Assembly (NCBI RefSeq): GCF_028641065.1
Contig: NC_073397.1
Coordinates: 31,248,001 to 31,312,000, forward strand
Length of the DNA: 64,000 bases
From: Leucoraja erinacea
Lineage: Eukaryota
Reading direction: 5' to 3'
A program made the position numbers and the translations under genes. Below the pieces are notes generated by a model, which ran no database searches, was not told where the DNA came from, and saw only the letters and a list, made by a program, of their open reading frames with translations. Below, one piece after another: positions 10,291 through 21,610 of the stretch; the first letter of the stretch is position 1; each line of letters begins with the position of its first letter.

Positions 10291-12203
10291 AATTGAGTGT
10301 GGAGACAATGAAATAACTGTAACCCCATCGGCTTCTAAGAGACATTGTTACTTGTCAGTGACACCAATGGTGGTCTCTAGACATAGAAGATGAACCCCCG
10401 CTTCATATCAACTTAGCATGTGATCACAGTGGTAAAAATAGAGAGTTGGAAACCTTTTACCGATCTCGTGAAGGAACTAGGTGGGATGTAAACCTGTTGG
10501 CATTAGTAACTGGACCACAGGGAACAGCAGAATATGCTGAGGTACCTTCAGAATTATGGAAGAAGATTTCCGAAGTTACCCCAGATATAACGAAGAAGGT
10601 GAACTTTCCATCTCCTACGAAGGAATTAGAGCGATGGTTATGTGAGCAATTAGTCTGGCGAATCCAGACACAAGCCCGGAGCAAGAACTGCGTAATGATT
10701 GTACTGTTCAGTTTTATCAGCCATTAACTGGTTCAAATTGCTTCCTGGATCATTGTTCCAGACGCGCACTGCACCAGCTGGCTGAGATTTTCCATTGCGT
10801 TGCAACAACCTCGAAGAAACAGGGAAAAATGCAAACAATGCCTTCATATCCTCTGCCTTGATAACTGAGCAAGCAAAGGCCTTACTCATGTAAGCACGAC
10901 CAAACCAATCTTATGCTCATTACCAAAATATTCTTTACGCAAATCTCTTGCCTTTTGATAGCCCACGGCTGAATACAAATGTCAGCAACTGTGAACAAGC
11001 TGCTTTGAATATCCGCCTGTATCTTGCTCCAAAAATTGCAAGGTTTCCATACTGAGAGTGTTAGTTTTATGAAACGAGCTGCCTGAGGAGGTAATTGAGG
11101 CACGTTCTAGAACAACATTTCAAAGACATTCAGACAGGTACATGGATAGGGTAGATTTGCTGGGATATGGATCAAACGACGGCAGGTGAGACTAGTGTAG
11201 ATGCAGCACCTGGTCAGCATGGACAAGCTGGGCCGAATGGTCTGATTCCATGACTCTATAAAATCACTTTGCTTAGCCCATGTTTCATTGTGCCTTTGTT
11301 AACTTGCTCCTGATATTCTCAACTCTCACACACAGAGTATGTCTGCAGTACCCATTCTTCAATTTGTTATTGCCATGTATATTTATTCTACATTTTCCTT
11401 AAGCTCATCCCTTTTGATGTCTCGTTTTCACACCTTACACTTCCATATCTCTAATCTCCCTCTCCCCTGACTCCCAGTCTGAAGAATGGTATCGACCCAA
11501 AACGTCACCCATTCCTTCTCTCCAGAGATGCTGCCGGTCCCGCTGAGTTACTCCAGCATTTTGCGTCTATCTTGTCATTGCCTTGGTATTTCTCCACCCG
11601 TGCCCCCGACTCTCAGCCTGCGACACTGGTCCACTGAAACATAGAAAATAGGTGCGGGTGTAGACCATTCGGCCCTTCAAGCCAGCACCGTCATTCAATA
11701 TAATCATCCAGAATCAGAACCCCGCTACATCTTTCTCCCCAAATCTCTTGATTCCGTTAGCCCTAAGAGCTATAATCTAACTATCTTTTGGATACATCCA
11801 GTGAATTGGCCTCCACTGCCTTCGTGGCAGGGAATTCCAGATTCACAACTCTCTGGGTCCTAAACTGTGACCCCCTCCCTGGTTCTGGACGCCCCCACCA
11901 TGGGGAAAAAACTGATCACTGGCCTTGGGGGTAGCCGTGATCAGTGAACAAGTGAGGGGAGGGGCTTTTTTAAATTAATCTATTAAAATCTTGTTTTAGT
12001 GCATTATAGAAGTATTTGTAGAAGTATAGGAGTATAATTTCAATTATTTTTCTTTGAAGTATTTTTAAGATAATGTAGGACCTACATGAGAGATAGGAGC
12101 AGGTGATTATTATTGTTGTTATTGCTTGGCCTCCAAAAACTGGGGGATAATAATACAGGCCATCCCCCACCTCAATAAGTGGGGGGGATATATCCCCCAT
12201 CTC

Positions 12204-12235
<32 letters not shown>

Positions 12236-13393
12236 CACCCCCGGATAAAGGCCAGTGTCTTCCACGGTACAGATAATTTGACCAAAAACTTTAAAATGTG
12301 TTATAATTCCAAATGCTATTTTTGATGTTTTTAGTTGGAAAAAAAGACAAGAAATATTCATAACACTTCCTGATTTTGCAAAGTTATACAAATTATGTTT
12401 TGCTCAGGGAACAAAATCTGAGTATTTTGAAAGTATGCGTTCTCCTTTTGACACATATTTCATTTTGATTTGAATTTAGAATCATCAAACCACAACATTA
12501 ATGAAGGGGGTATATGTTTGTGGAAACGTTACTTATTTTTAAAAAGTAAGACTTTCGAGACATCTAAAATGCATTAGAAGTATACATTTCAATGCACTGT
12601 CCGTTGCCCAAAGTAGGTGAATCGAGGACCAGAGGAGAGATTTGAGCTGAAGGGGAAATGATTTCATAGGAATCTGAGGGGTAACTTTTTCCATACAAAG
12701 GGTGGTGGGTGTAAGGAACAAGCTGCCGGAGGAGGTCGTTGAGGCAGGGACTATCCCAACATATAAGAAACAGCTAGACTGATACATGGATAGGACAGGT
12801 TTGGAGGGATATGGACCGAAAGCTGGCAGTGTTGACGGGTGTGGGCAAGTTGGTCCGAAGGGCCTGTTTCCACACTTTAGCACTCTGTGACTACATGAAT
12901 GCTTCAAAATCAAGTGGTCGAGTTTTATTGCCATATACTCAAGCATAGAAACATAGAACATAGGTGCAGGAATAGGCCATTTGGCTCTCTGAGCCAGCAC
13001 TGCCATTCAATATGATCATGGCTGTTCATCTAAAATCAGTACCCCTTTCCTGTTTTTCCCCCGTATCCCTTGATTTCGCTAGCCACAAGAGCTAAATGTA
13101 AGTCTCTCTTGAAAACATCCAGTGAACTGGCTTCCACTGCCTTCTGTGGCAGAGAATTCCACAGATTCACAATTCTCTGGGTGAAGAAAGTTTGTCCTCA
13201 ATTCAGTCCTAAATGGCCTACCCCTTATTCTTAAACTGTGACCCCCTGGTTCTGGACTCCTCCAACATCGGGAACATTTTTTCCTGCAGTTACAGTAAGT
13301 GGAAATCTAGCAGGCAAGCAGGATGCTTTCTCCAACTGCCCCCATTTGAAGGCCACTATCTTCCACCGCTTCTACCCAGTGCTTGGTAACTAC

Positions 13394-13524
13394 TTCCAGC
13401 AGCCACTGGTTGTCCTCCAGGATGCACCGAGCCGCAGCCTGGTCAATGCCGGTCACCAGGGCGAATTTGGCGCAGAGACTCTCACGGCCGACGGCCCGGG
13501 ACTCTTGCACTGAGGCTGCTCCAT
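13394..13524 (-). pseudogene. TDP2-like exon-1 fragment (UBA-like domain), frameshifted
   Basis: RESLCAKFALVTGIDQAAARCILEDNQWLLE resembles the TDP2 N-terminal UBA-like motif (LCxEFAxVxxxDxAVAQCFLAENDWEME). The Kozak GCCATGG at 13524 is one base out of frame. The match stops at a GT, and no further exons were seen. Confidence 0.6.
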
Positions 13525-14006
13525 GGCCGGAGCTGCAACGAGCGACTCGCCAGCCCGGCAAACACTCGCCAGCGCCGGCTCCAAGTCCACATGTGCCCCC
13601 GCCACTGCTTCTGCTTCCATCCCTCCCTCCGCCCCGGCTCTCCAACACCCACGACCAGAGCCTCGTCCAAAGCCGGAGACATTTAAAGATGTCTAGCACA
13701 TCCCCGGGTTTCGCGGTCCATGCAACAACAAAAAAAAGTCACTTGTAAATCGCAACACTTTCAACTTAGCGCCGTTGTTCGTTGAATTAGAAGCTGTCCC
13801 CTGTGTTCAGTGAACACGCGTTTTACTTCCTTCATTGTGTTGTCCAGAAGCGAACTCGACGCCGTATCTCTGGTCCACCGAACGGTGGCACCGAAGAAAT
13901 TGCCAGACATTCCCCAAAAATACATCATTCCGGGATGAACCGTAGATCCGGGACGATGGGGGGTTTCTACGTTAGGTTTTTCCTCCTTCGTAAGATCGTG
14001 AGACGG

Positions 14007-14037
14007 TGACTCACCCCGCGTCATTCAGCTGATAAAA
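14007..14037 (+). promoter_or_regulatory. Putative core promoter of paralog B: AP-1 site and GATAAAA TATA-like box
   Basis: TGACTCA at 14007-14013 and GATAAAA at 14031-14037, upstream of the ATG at 14096. Conserved in paralog A. Confidence 0.45.
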
Positions 14038-14095
14038 CCAGCCGGTGGCACTTGGACCCTCAACAGCTGAGCGCGGCCACAGCAAGCGAGCAAGC

Positions 14096-14107
14096 ATGAT
14101 CCTCAAG
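14096..14107 (+). CDS. TNFRSF6B: DcR3-like paralog B, coding exon 1 (micro-exon, MILK)
   Basis: AGC ATG ATC CTC AAG|gtaagg; yields the signal peptide MILKCLVVFVLSETVSS. Confidence 0.7.
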
Positions 14108-14357
14108 GTAAGGTGGCAATGCAACATCAAACAGCTTCACTGCATCAACTCTATGGCGCACTAGTGCTGAGATCCTTGCTTCAATGATGCTGAAGGTTTT
14201 ACTCTTAGTTATATTTTGAGGAAGCATGAGCATGAGTATATTTATTAATTTTAACATATTTTATATTTATAGACATACATATAACATGTTAAATTACTAT
14301 ATATAAAATAAGTTAAAATAAGTTGTGTATATGCATATATATATATATATACATATA

Positions 14358-14882
14358 CATAGAAACATAGAAACATAGAAATTAGGTGCAGGAGTAGGCC
14401 ATTCGGCCCTTCGAGCCTGCACCGCCATTCAATATGATCATGGCTGATCATCCAACTCAGTATCCCGTACCTGCCTTCTCTCCATACCCCCTGATCCCCT
14501 TAGCCACAAGGGCCACATCTAACTCCCTCTTAAATATAGCCAATGAACTGGCCTCAATTACCCTCTGTGGCAGAGAGTTCCAGAGATTCACCACTCTCTG
14601 TGCGAAAAAAGTTCTTCTCATCTCGGTTTTAAAGGATTTCCCCTTTATCCTTAAGCTGTGACCCCTTGTCCTGGACTTCCCTACATCGGGAACAATCTTC
14701 CTGCATCTAGCCTGTCCAACCCCTTAAGAATTTTGTAAGTTTCTATAAGATCCCCTCTCAATCTCCTAAATTCTAGAGAGTATAAACCAAGTCTATCCAG
14801 TCTTTCTTCATGACAGTCCTGACATCCCAGGAATCAGTCTGGTGAACCGTCTCTGCACTCCCTCTATGGCAATAATGTCCTT
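14358..14882 (-). mobile_element. 5'-truncated CR1 in intron 1 of paralog B
   Basis: Nearly identical to the CR1 at 9511-10025; (CTATGTTT)n tail. Confidence 0.9.
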
Positions 14883-16440
14883 CACAGAATGAGATTTGCA
14901 GCTGAAGTTATATATATATATTATTATATATATATATATATATATATATTGATCTTTATAGCAGCCAGACTGACGACGTGTCTCGTATAGCATATGTTCT
15001 CCATAGATGCTGCCTGACCCGCTAAGTTACTCCGGCACTTTGTACCTTTTTATTTGTGAACCAGCATCTGCAGTTCCTTGAATCTATAAGGTCGTTGTAA
15101 GCTGTTAGCAGTGGTTCTCTGCTGAGTAGTTGCAGCATTTTTGCAGATATGAATGATTTAGACTTCTTTCAAGGGAATTCAAGGGATTTCCATTTAAGAC
15201 GAATCTAGAAGGGTCTGGCAGACAAAAGTGCTGGAGAAACTCAACGGGTGCAGCAGCATCTATGGAATGAAGAAAATAGGCAACGTTTCTCACCTGTTGA
15301 GTTTCTCCAGCACTTTTGTCTACCTTCGATTTTCCAGCATCTGCAGTTCCTTCTTAAACTAAAAGATTCTGGCGCTTGCTCGAAGGGCCGAATGGCCTAC
15401 TCCTGCAGCTATTGTCTATTGTTCTATAGTCTAAGATACACTCTCCTGGACCATCTTTATATTTTTGCCAGCGACTGCAGTGCCTTATTTCTGCGGCAGT
15501 GAGTTGGGTGAAAAGTTTAGGGCTCGGCGTATTCGCTCCTGGACCACATTCTGCCCGTGTGACAGAATGAGATGGGTGGCGTGTGACATATGCACGGCAC
15601 AGCTCAGAATCTCTGCATGTCAAATTCATATCACTCATCAATTTGGGCTTCATTTATTGATATATGTTTTGAACATTGTAGGTTCTGCGCGCATGGCGGG
15701 GACTGATTCGAGTCATCCCTTTACTGAGATCTTAAATTGGATTATAATATAACTTGATATATTTAAATGGAGACACGTTTTGAATTTTACTCTGTGCAAT
15801 CAGAATGCAGAGGAGTTCATTCGGCCCATCGTGCCTGTGCGTTTCCTCACGCCTCACAAATAAAATGAATGAAGAGGGATTATCGGGATTTTAACCAATT
15901 TGTAACTGTCGGCGCTCTATAGGTGGCGACTCTTTGCATACTTTGCTGCATGCAAAACAAAGCATTTCACTCTACCTAAGGTACATGTGATAATAATGTA
16001 TCATTCATCATTCATCATCATTATCATCATCATCATCAAATAAAATCTTGCATCATGTATTTTTTGCAGATAGAGATAGATGTCTGATGGTAGACACAAA
16101 ATTCTGGAGTAACTCAGCGAGTCAGGCGGCATCCCTGGAAACGGTCGAGATCCTTCATCAGTCTGAAGAAAGGTCTCGACCCGCAATGTCAACTATTCCT
16201 TCCCTCTGGGGATACTGCCTGACCCGCTGAGTTACTCCAGCATTTTGTGTCTATCATCGGTGTAAATCCAGCATCTGCAGTTCCTTCCTGCACTAGATCT
16301 CTAATGGTGCAGTTTTAAGTTTAACCATTTCTAAGTTAAGGCAGCCAAAAAGGAGTAAGGTTATTTGAGATAGGATGCTGTGAATGGTAATGATGGTTCA
16401 TTTCAGTAATTATTGCCTTTTGGTTATTATTTCCCCACAG

Positions 16441-16831
16441 TGCCTCGTCGTATTTGTACTGAGTGAAACCGTTTCAAGTGGACCAGGAATAGATTTCAAT
16501 ACACTCTGGACTACTTTCGTCAGGGCCATTCCAAAAAGCAATCAGAAAGTTAGATGTAAGATGTGCCCGCCTGGTAAATATGTGGCAGCACCGTGTATCA
16601 GTGGCCAGGCAACAACTTGCGCTGATTGCTTGAAAGGCCAATACAACCCTTATTGGAGCTCCCTTGAAAAATGCCATGACTGCAAGCTCTGCGGAGAAAA
16701 TGAGGATACAGTCTCCGAATGCAATCACAGGTCCAATACGGGGTGTCGATGCAACGTTGAATCTTTCATCAATAATGGTCACTGCAAGAGACTTACCACA
16801 TGCTTCCCTGGTTATGGTGTACTGACACCAG
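16441..16831 (+). CDS. TNFRSF6B: DcR3-like paralog B, coding exon 2 (CRD1-CRD3)
   Basis: ttccccacag|TGC... to ACA CCA G|gttcgt; 391 nt. Translates CKMCPPGKYVAAPC...CADCLKGQYNPYWSSLEKCHDCKLCGENEDTVSECNHRSNTGCRC...CFPGYGVLTPG. Confidence 0.9.
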
Positions 16832-17335
16832 GTTCGTTTAATATTTCAAATATTAATTTTGAAGAAGGGCCTCGACCAGAAATGCCCCCCTTTCCTTCTC
16901 TCCAGAGATGCTGCCTGTCACGCTGAGTTACTCCAGCTTTTTGTGTCTATCTTAATTCTTACTCTATTCACCCATCGCATTGAGCCCATAGTTAGTTTTT
17001 CTGCAAAAGTTGTCTAAACTACACTATGTGTATGGAGGAACTGCAGATGCTGGCTTACACCGAAGATGGACACAAACATGCTTGAGTTATTCAGCAGGTC
17101 AGGCAGCATCTCTGTATAAAAGGAATAGGTGACATTTCGGGTCGAGATCCCTCTTCAGACTGAGAGTCAGGGGAGAGGGATACTAGAGGTATTAAAATGT
17201 ATTAGAGTTGCTGTCTGATCCGCTGAGTTACTCCATCATTTTGTGCTTAAACTACAATACAATACAGCATACTAATTCTAGATGAGTAGGAAATTGGAAA
17301 GATAGTGTGCGGTTAATGTAGCTGGTGAATGTATC

Positions 17336-17473
17336 TTCTTTTTCTTTTGTGTGGTGTGCACAGCCTAAAGTTGTTGGACAACTTGTTCTATTTGACCTTC
17401 CGTTTGTGCACTTCGAGTTGATTGTATAAGTCGAAACAGGGTGAACCACGTGACAGTTGCAATCTTCCACCCC
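17336..17473 (-). mobile_element. ~138-bp non-autonomous Vingi/Ingi-like retroposon, copy 1
   Basis: TSD GGTGAAT(G/T)TATC at 17324-17335 and 17474-17485. GAA-rich 3' tail. Same 5' end as the copy at 29211-29343. Confidence 0.75.
17420..17473 (-). ncRNA. Compact HDV-like ribozyme fold (copy 1, more degenerate)
   Basis: GGGGUGG AA GAUUGCA ACU GUCACGU GGU UCACCCU GUUUCGA CUUA UACAAUC; P1, P2 and P3 pairings are retained. Confidence 0.55.
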
Positions 17474-17779
17474 GGTGAATTTATCCTGAACCTGAGAATG
17501 AAATAAATAGTTCAACTGATCAAGTTTGTTCAAAGTAACCATTCATGTATTCTCAGTAACAAAGGCTGGATTTGGCTTCGATCACAACCACTAATGTAAT
17601 GTTTCATTTAATGAAAGAACATTTTAAGAGGTTGACATGTAGGAGATTATTCTCAAACAAGTGTCCCACTATTTTTTTTGCTTTTATTCTACTTTGTTGA
17701 AAATTATTGAGGTTTCAAAATTCATCATAGACGACAAATGGATTATTTCTGGGCAAAAAAGTTGAACGCCACAATAGGG

Positions 17780-18114
17780 AGGTTGCACGGTAGTCGGGTC
17801 ACGACCCGTGACCCGTGCTGTTGCTACGCTACGCCAACTGGAGTACACTCGATAAATTGCAGGTAAGCACTCACCATTGTTTCCAGTGGAGCGGGCCTGT
17901 TAAAATCCGCCAAAATTGTCAATTTTTGTGCTGTAAATAATTATGGAAATTGGGATAAGTGTGAGAGACATTCACCATTTGGGCGGTTTTTAACAGGTAG
18001 GAAAGTATGCATTTCGTGTATTAACAACATATACCGGAAGCTGCCATGTCCTCCAGATGGATTGAGCTGCTCCATGCGACAAGCCCTATGACCCGGTGAC
18101 CTTACGTGCAACCT
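17780..18114. mobile_element. Probable MITE remnant
   Basis: Terminal inverted repeat AGGTTGCACG / CGTGCAACCT, with further internal inverted segments. Confidence 0.45.
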
Positions 18115-18338
18115 ATACCATGAAATAATGTCTGCATTTGCATATCAGTTCCGAACAGTTCCAGAACAGAGCACTCTCTGATTTACTGACTATTTCAAGA
18201 GAAATACTTGCTTGAAGACCATCAACTGAATGAAGTTTGGGCTGCCCAAAACATGTTGGTCTCCCAGCAGAGCAAGCTGTTCGTTGGGGAATGTTGCCGA
18301 CAGTCACGCTCCAGTATGCCGGAGGATGTGCTGAGGGA

Positions 18339-20715
18339 CAGATTCAGATTCAGATTCAGATTCAGATTCAATTTTAATTGTCATTGTCAGTGTACAGTAC
18401 AGAGACAACGAAATGCATTTAGCATCTCCCTTGAAGAGCGACATAGCAAACGATTTGAATAAAAAAAAAAATATATATATAATAAGTGTCCGGGGGGGGG
18501 GGGGGGTGATTGGCAGTCACCGAGGTACGTTGTTTAGTAGAGTGACAGCGGCCGGAAAGAAGCTGTTCCTCGACCTGCTGGTTCGGCAACGGAGAGACCT
18601 GTAGCGCCTCCCGGATGGTAGGAGGGTAAACAGTCCATGGTTGGGGTGAGAGCAGTCCTTGGCGATGCTGAGCGCCCTCCGCAGACAGCGCTTGCTTTGG
18701 ACAGACTCAATGGAGGGGAGCGTGGAACCGGTGATGCGTTGGGCAATTTTCACCACCCTCTGCAATGCCTTCCGGTCGGAGACAGAGCAGTTGCCATACC
18801 ATACTGTGATGCAGTTGGTAAGGATGCTCTCGATGGTGCAGCGGTAGAAGTTCACCAGGATCTGAGGAGACAGATGGACCTTCTTCAGTCTCTTCAGGAA
18901 GAAGAGACGCTGATGAGCCTTCTTGATCAGAGTAGAGGTATTGTGGGTCCAAGAGAGGTCATCGGAGATGTTGACTCCCAGGAACCTGAAGCTAGAAACA
19001 CGTTCCACCTCCGTCCCGTTAATGTGGATGGGGGTGTGCGTGCCGCCTCTGGACTTCCTGAAGTCTACAATGAGCTCCTTGGTCTTCTTGGAGTTAAGGG
19101 CCAGGTTGTTGTCAGCGCACCATGCTGCTAAGTGCTGGACCTCCTCCCTGTAGGCCAGCTCATCGTTGTTGCTGATGAGGCCAATCACCGTTGTATCATC
19201 TGCATACTTGATGATGGTGTTAGTACCATGTACAGGTGTGCAGTCATAGGTAAAGAGGGAGTAGAGGAGGGGGCTCAGCACACAGCCCTGAGGAACGCCG
19301 GTGTTCAGGGTGAGGGTTGAAGAGGTGTGCTTGTCTAACCTCACAGACTGGGGTCTGTTGGTTAGAAAGTCCAGTATCCAGTTGCAGAGGGAGGGGTCGA
19401 TGCCCAGGTTACTGAGTTTGGTGATCAGTTTTGATGGAATAATGGTTTTGAATGCTGAGCTGTAATCGATGAACAGCATTCTTACATAAGTGTCTCTGTT
19501 GTCAAGGTGGGAGAGGGCGGAGTGAAGTGCCGTTGAGATGGCATCCTCCGTACTCCTGTTCTTGCGGTAGGCAAACTGATAGGGATCCAGTGTGGGGGGT
19601 AGGCAGCTTTTGAGGTGTGCCAGGACCAGCCTCTCGAAGCACTTGGTGATGATGGGGGTAAGTGCAACTGGGCGTAAGTCGTTGAGGCTTGCCGCAGTGG
19701 AGTGTTTTGGCACTGGCACGATGGAGGTGGCTTTAAGGCAAGTGGGGACAACTGCTTGGGCAAGTGACAGGTTGAAGATGTCAGTCCAGACGTCTGTCAG
19801 CTGCGCAGCACAGGCACTGAGCACGCGCCATGGGATGCCGTCAGGGCCAGCAGCCTTACGTGCATTAGTCCTACTCAGTGCCACGTACACGTCGTAGGGG
19901 GTGAGTGTGAGGGGTTGGTGATCGGCAGGTAGCACAGCCTTGATGGCTGTCTCTAGATTGTCCCTGTCGAAGCGGCCATAGAAGTGATTCAGCTCCTCAA
20001 GGAAGGAGGCGTCGCTGGATGTGGGGGTGATGTTGGAGGGTCTGTAGTCCGTGATGGCCTGGATGCCTTGCCACATGCGTCGGGGGTCGGAGTTGTTGTT
20101 GAAGTGCTCCTCAATCCTGAGCTTATGGCAGTGCTTGGCCTTCCTGATGCCCCTCTTCAGGTTAGCCCTGGATGAACTGTAGGCTCGAGCATCGCCTGAC
20201 CTGAAAGCGGTGTCCCGTGCTTTCAGCAGTAGCCTGACCTCGCTGTTCATCCATGGCTTCTGATTCGGGTATATGGTCACCTGTTTGAGGGAGGTGACAC
20301 TATTGATGGTGGAGTTTATAAAGTCCAGAACAGAGGATGTATAGGAATCAATGTCCGTGTGAGAGTCAAGGGTGGCCTGGGCTGCAAACGCCTTCCAGTC
20401 AGTGTTTCCAAAACACTGCTGAAGTGTGAAGTCCGCTTCCTCTGACCAGACTTTAACTGTCCTTACAGTTGGTTTAACCCGTCTGATGAGTGGGGAGTAC
20501 TTAGGGAGCAGGAACAATGAGACGTGATCAGACTGACCAAGGTGGGGGAGGGGGGATGGCTTTGTAAGCTTCAGCCATATTGGTGTAGACTTTGTCCAGT
20601 GTCTTGTCTACTCTAGTGGGGAAGGATACATGTTGGTGGAATTTGGGGAGTACAGTCTTCAGGTTGGAGTGGTTGAAGTCACCCGCAACAATGAAGGCTG
20701 CCTCGGGGTTGTGCG
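18339..20715 (-). mobile_element. Rex1/Babar-clade non-LTR retrotransposon, 5'-truncated, young
   Basis: Uninterrupted 666-aa RT region (18517-20517: KAAGPDG, FIDYSSAF, GVPQGCVLSP, KYADD, LLPSGRRYRS). Endonuclease C-terminus (VAGDFN...SDH) lies upstream, offset by one extra C in a homopolymer. (GAATCT)n tail at 18339-18370. Confidence 0.92.
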
Positions 20716-20816
20716 TCTGAACTGAAGCTCGGTGCAGCCAACGCCAAGGCTCTGTGGGGGAGGCTATTGAATGTGTAGAAATTGTATGAATAGTTTATAC
20801 ACAGTTTTATTTTGTA

Positions 20817-21332
20817 CTAGACCAAGTGCAGACCCGTTGGGTCTGCTCCCCCAATGTTGTGAGCCCCCAACCCAATATTCCACCATGCACCCGTCTCCTC
20901 CAACGGAACTGAACCCGTTCCCAAATGTAAGATTCCAGCACTCCCCTGCCTCCCTCAGCAGTGGATTGAAAAAAAATTCCAATTTAACCTACCCTGCCTG
21001 CTGCAGCAGTTCGAATTGCAATACCAATTGGCCCTCCCCCTCCTGTTGAAGCACTTGCTGTGATATCCCATTGAGGTGAAAAGTTCAGAGTGTTCTTGTC
21101 TTGCAACTTTGTTTTGAAGTGTGTTGGAAGCTGATAGGAAGGAGTGTATTATATAGATAGAACGGCATTTCGTTTGGACCTCAAGGGGTCCAAATGACAA
21201 TTAAATTGAATCTTGAATCTTGAATCTTGTATTGGGCATTGTGACATCACACGATGGAACGAATCGAAAGGCAGAAAGGTAGCCGGACGCCAGACGGCAG
21301 GCGGCAGCCACACAGTTTTAATATATAATCGA
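20817..21332 (-). mobile_element. Non-autonomous Helitron
   Basis: 3' end CTAG|T with subterminal hairpin GCAGACCC-GTT-GGGTCTGC (20828-20846). 5' end A|TCGATTATATATTAAAACTG. Confidence 0.7.
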
Positions 21333-21427
21333 TATATATGTTTTTCTCTGAATGTTCTTTTATGAAAAAAAATCCTACGTGGTATTTTCCACGAAATTTA
21401 ACTTAATCTATAAACTGTGTTTTCTAG

Positions 21428-21610
21428 GAACCTATACTAGCGATTCAACATGTGAAGAATGTCCCCGTGGCCATTTCTCTTCAACAATATCTAGTAAGGA
21501 TGTCTGTCTTCCACACACAATCTGCGCTGATGGTTTAGTGGTGAATGTCCCAGGTAACACTCAGCATGACACCCTGTGTACTCCCTGCAATAAATATGAT
21601 AATAGCACAG
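21428..21610 (+). CDS. TNFRSF6B: DcR3-like paralog B, coding exon 3 (end of CRD3 + CRD4)
   Basis: tttctag|GA ACC TAT... to AGC ACA G|gtacgt; 183 nt. Translates DSTCEECPRGHFSS...CLPHTIC...PGNTQHDTLC. Confidence 0.9.

Larger units (their letters stand above)
7827..10660 (+). mobile_element. Degenerate endogenous retrovirus (gag-pro-partial pol), interrupted by two CR1 insertions
   Basis: Capsid-like QFPVREMPN...NVY-PW at ~7910-8010. CX2CX4HX4C knuckle at 9062-9103 (C*SCGRYGHWSWEC). gag stop TGA at 9188-9190 in frame with protease FLVDTG (9200-9421) and CNLLARDLL. Confidence 0.85.

Noticed and set aside
15172-15192. NF-kB-like GGGAATTC/GGGATTTCC motifs in DcR3-B intron 1 (GGGAATTCC in paralog A)
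   Set aside because: Short motifs that could occur by chance, and conservation between recent duplicates is not independent evidence.
16384-16440. In-frame ATG extension MVMMVHFSNYCLLVIISPQ as the start of paralog B
   Set aside because: The equivalent ATG is out of frame in paralog A, the segment ends in a conserved polypyrimidine-AG acceptor, and a better upstream micro-exon exists.
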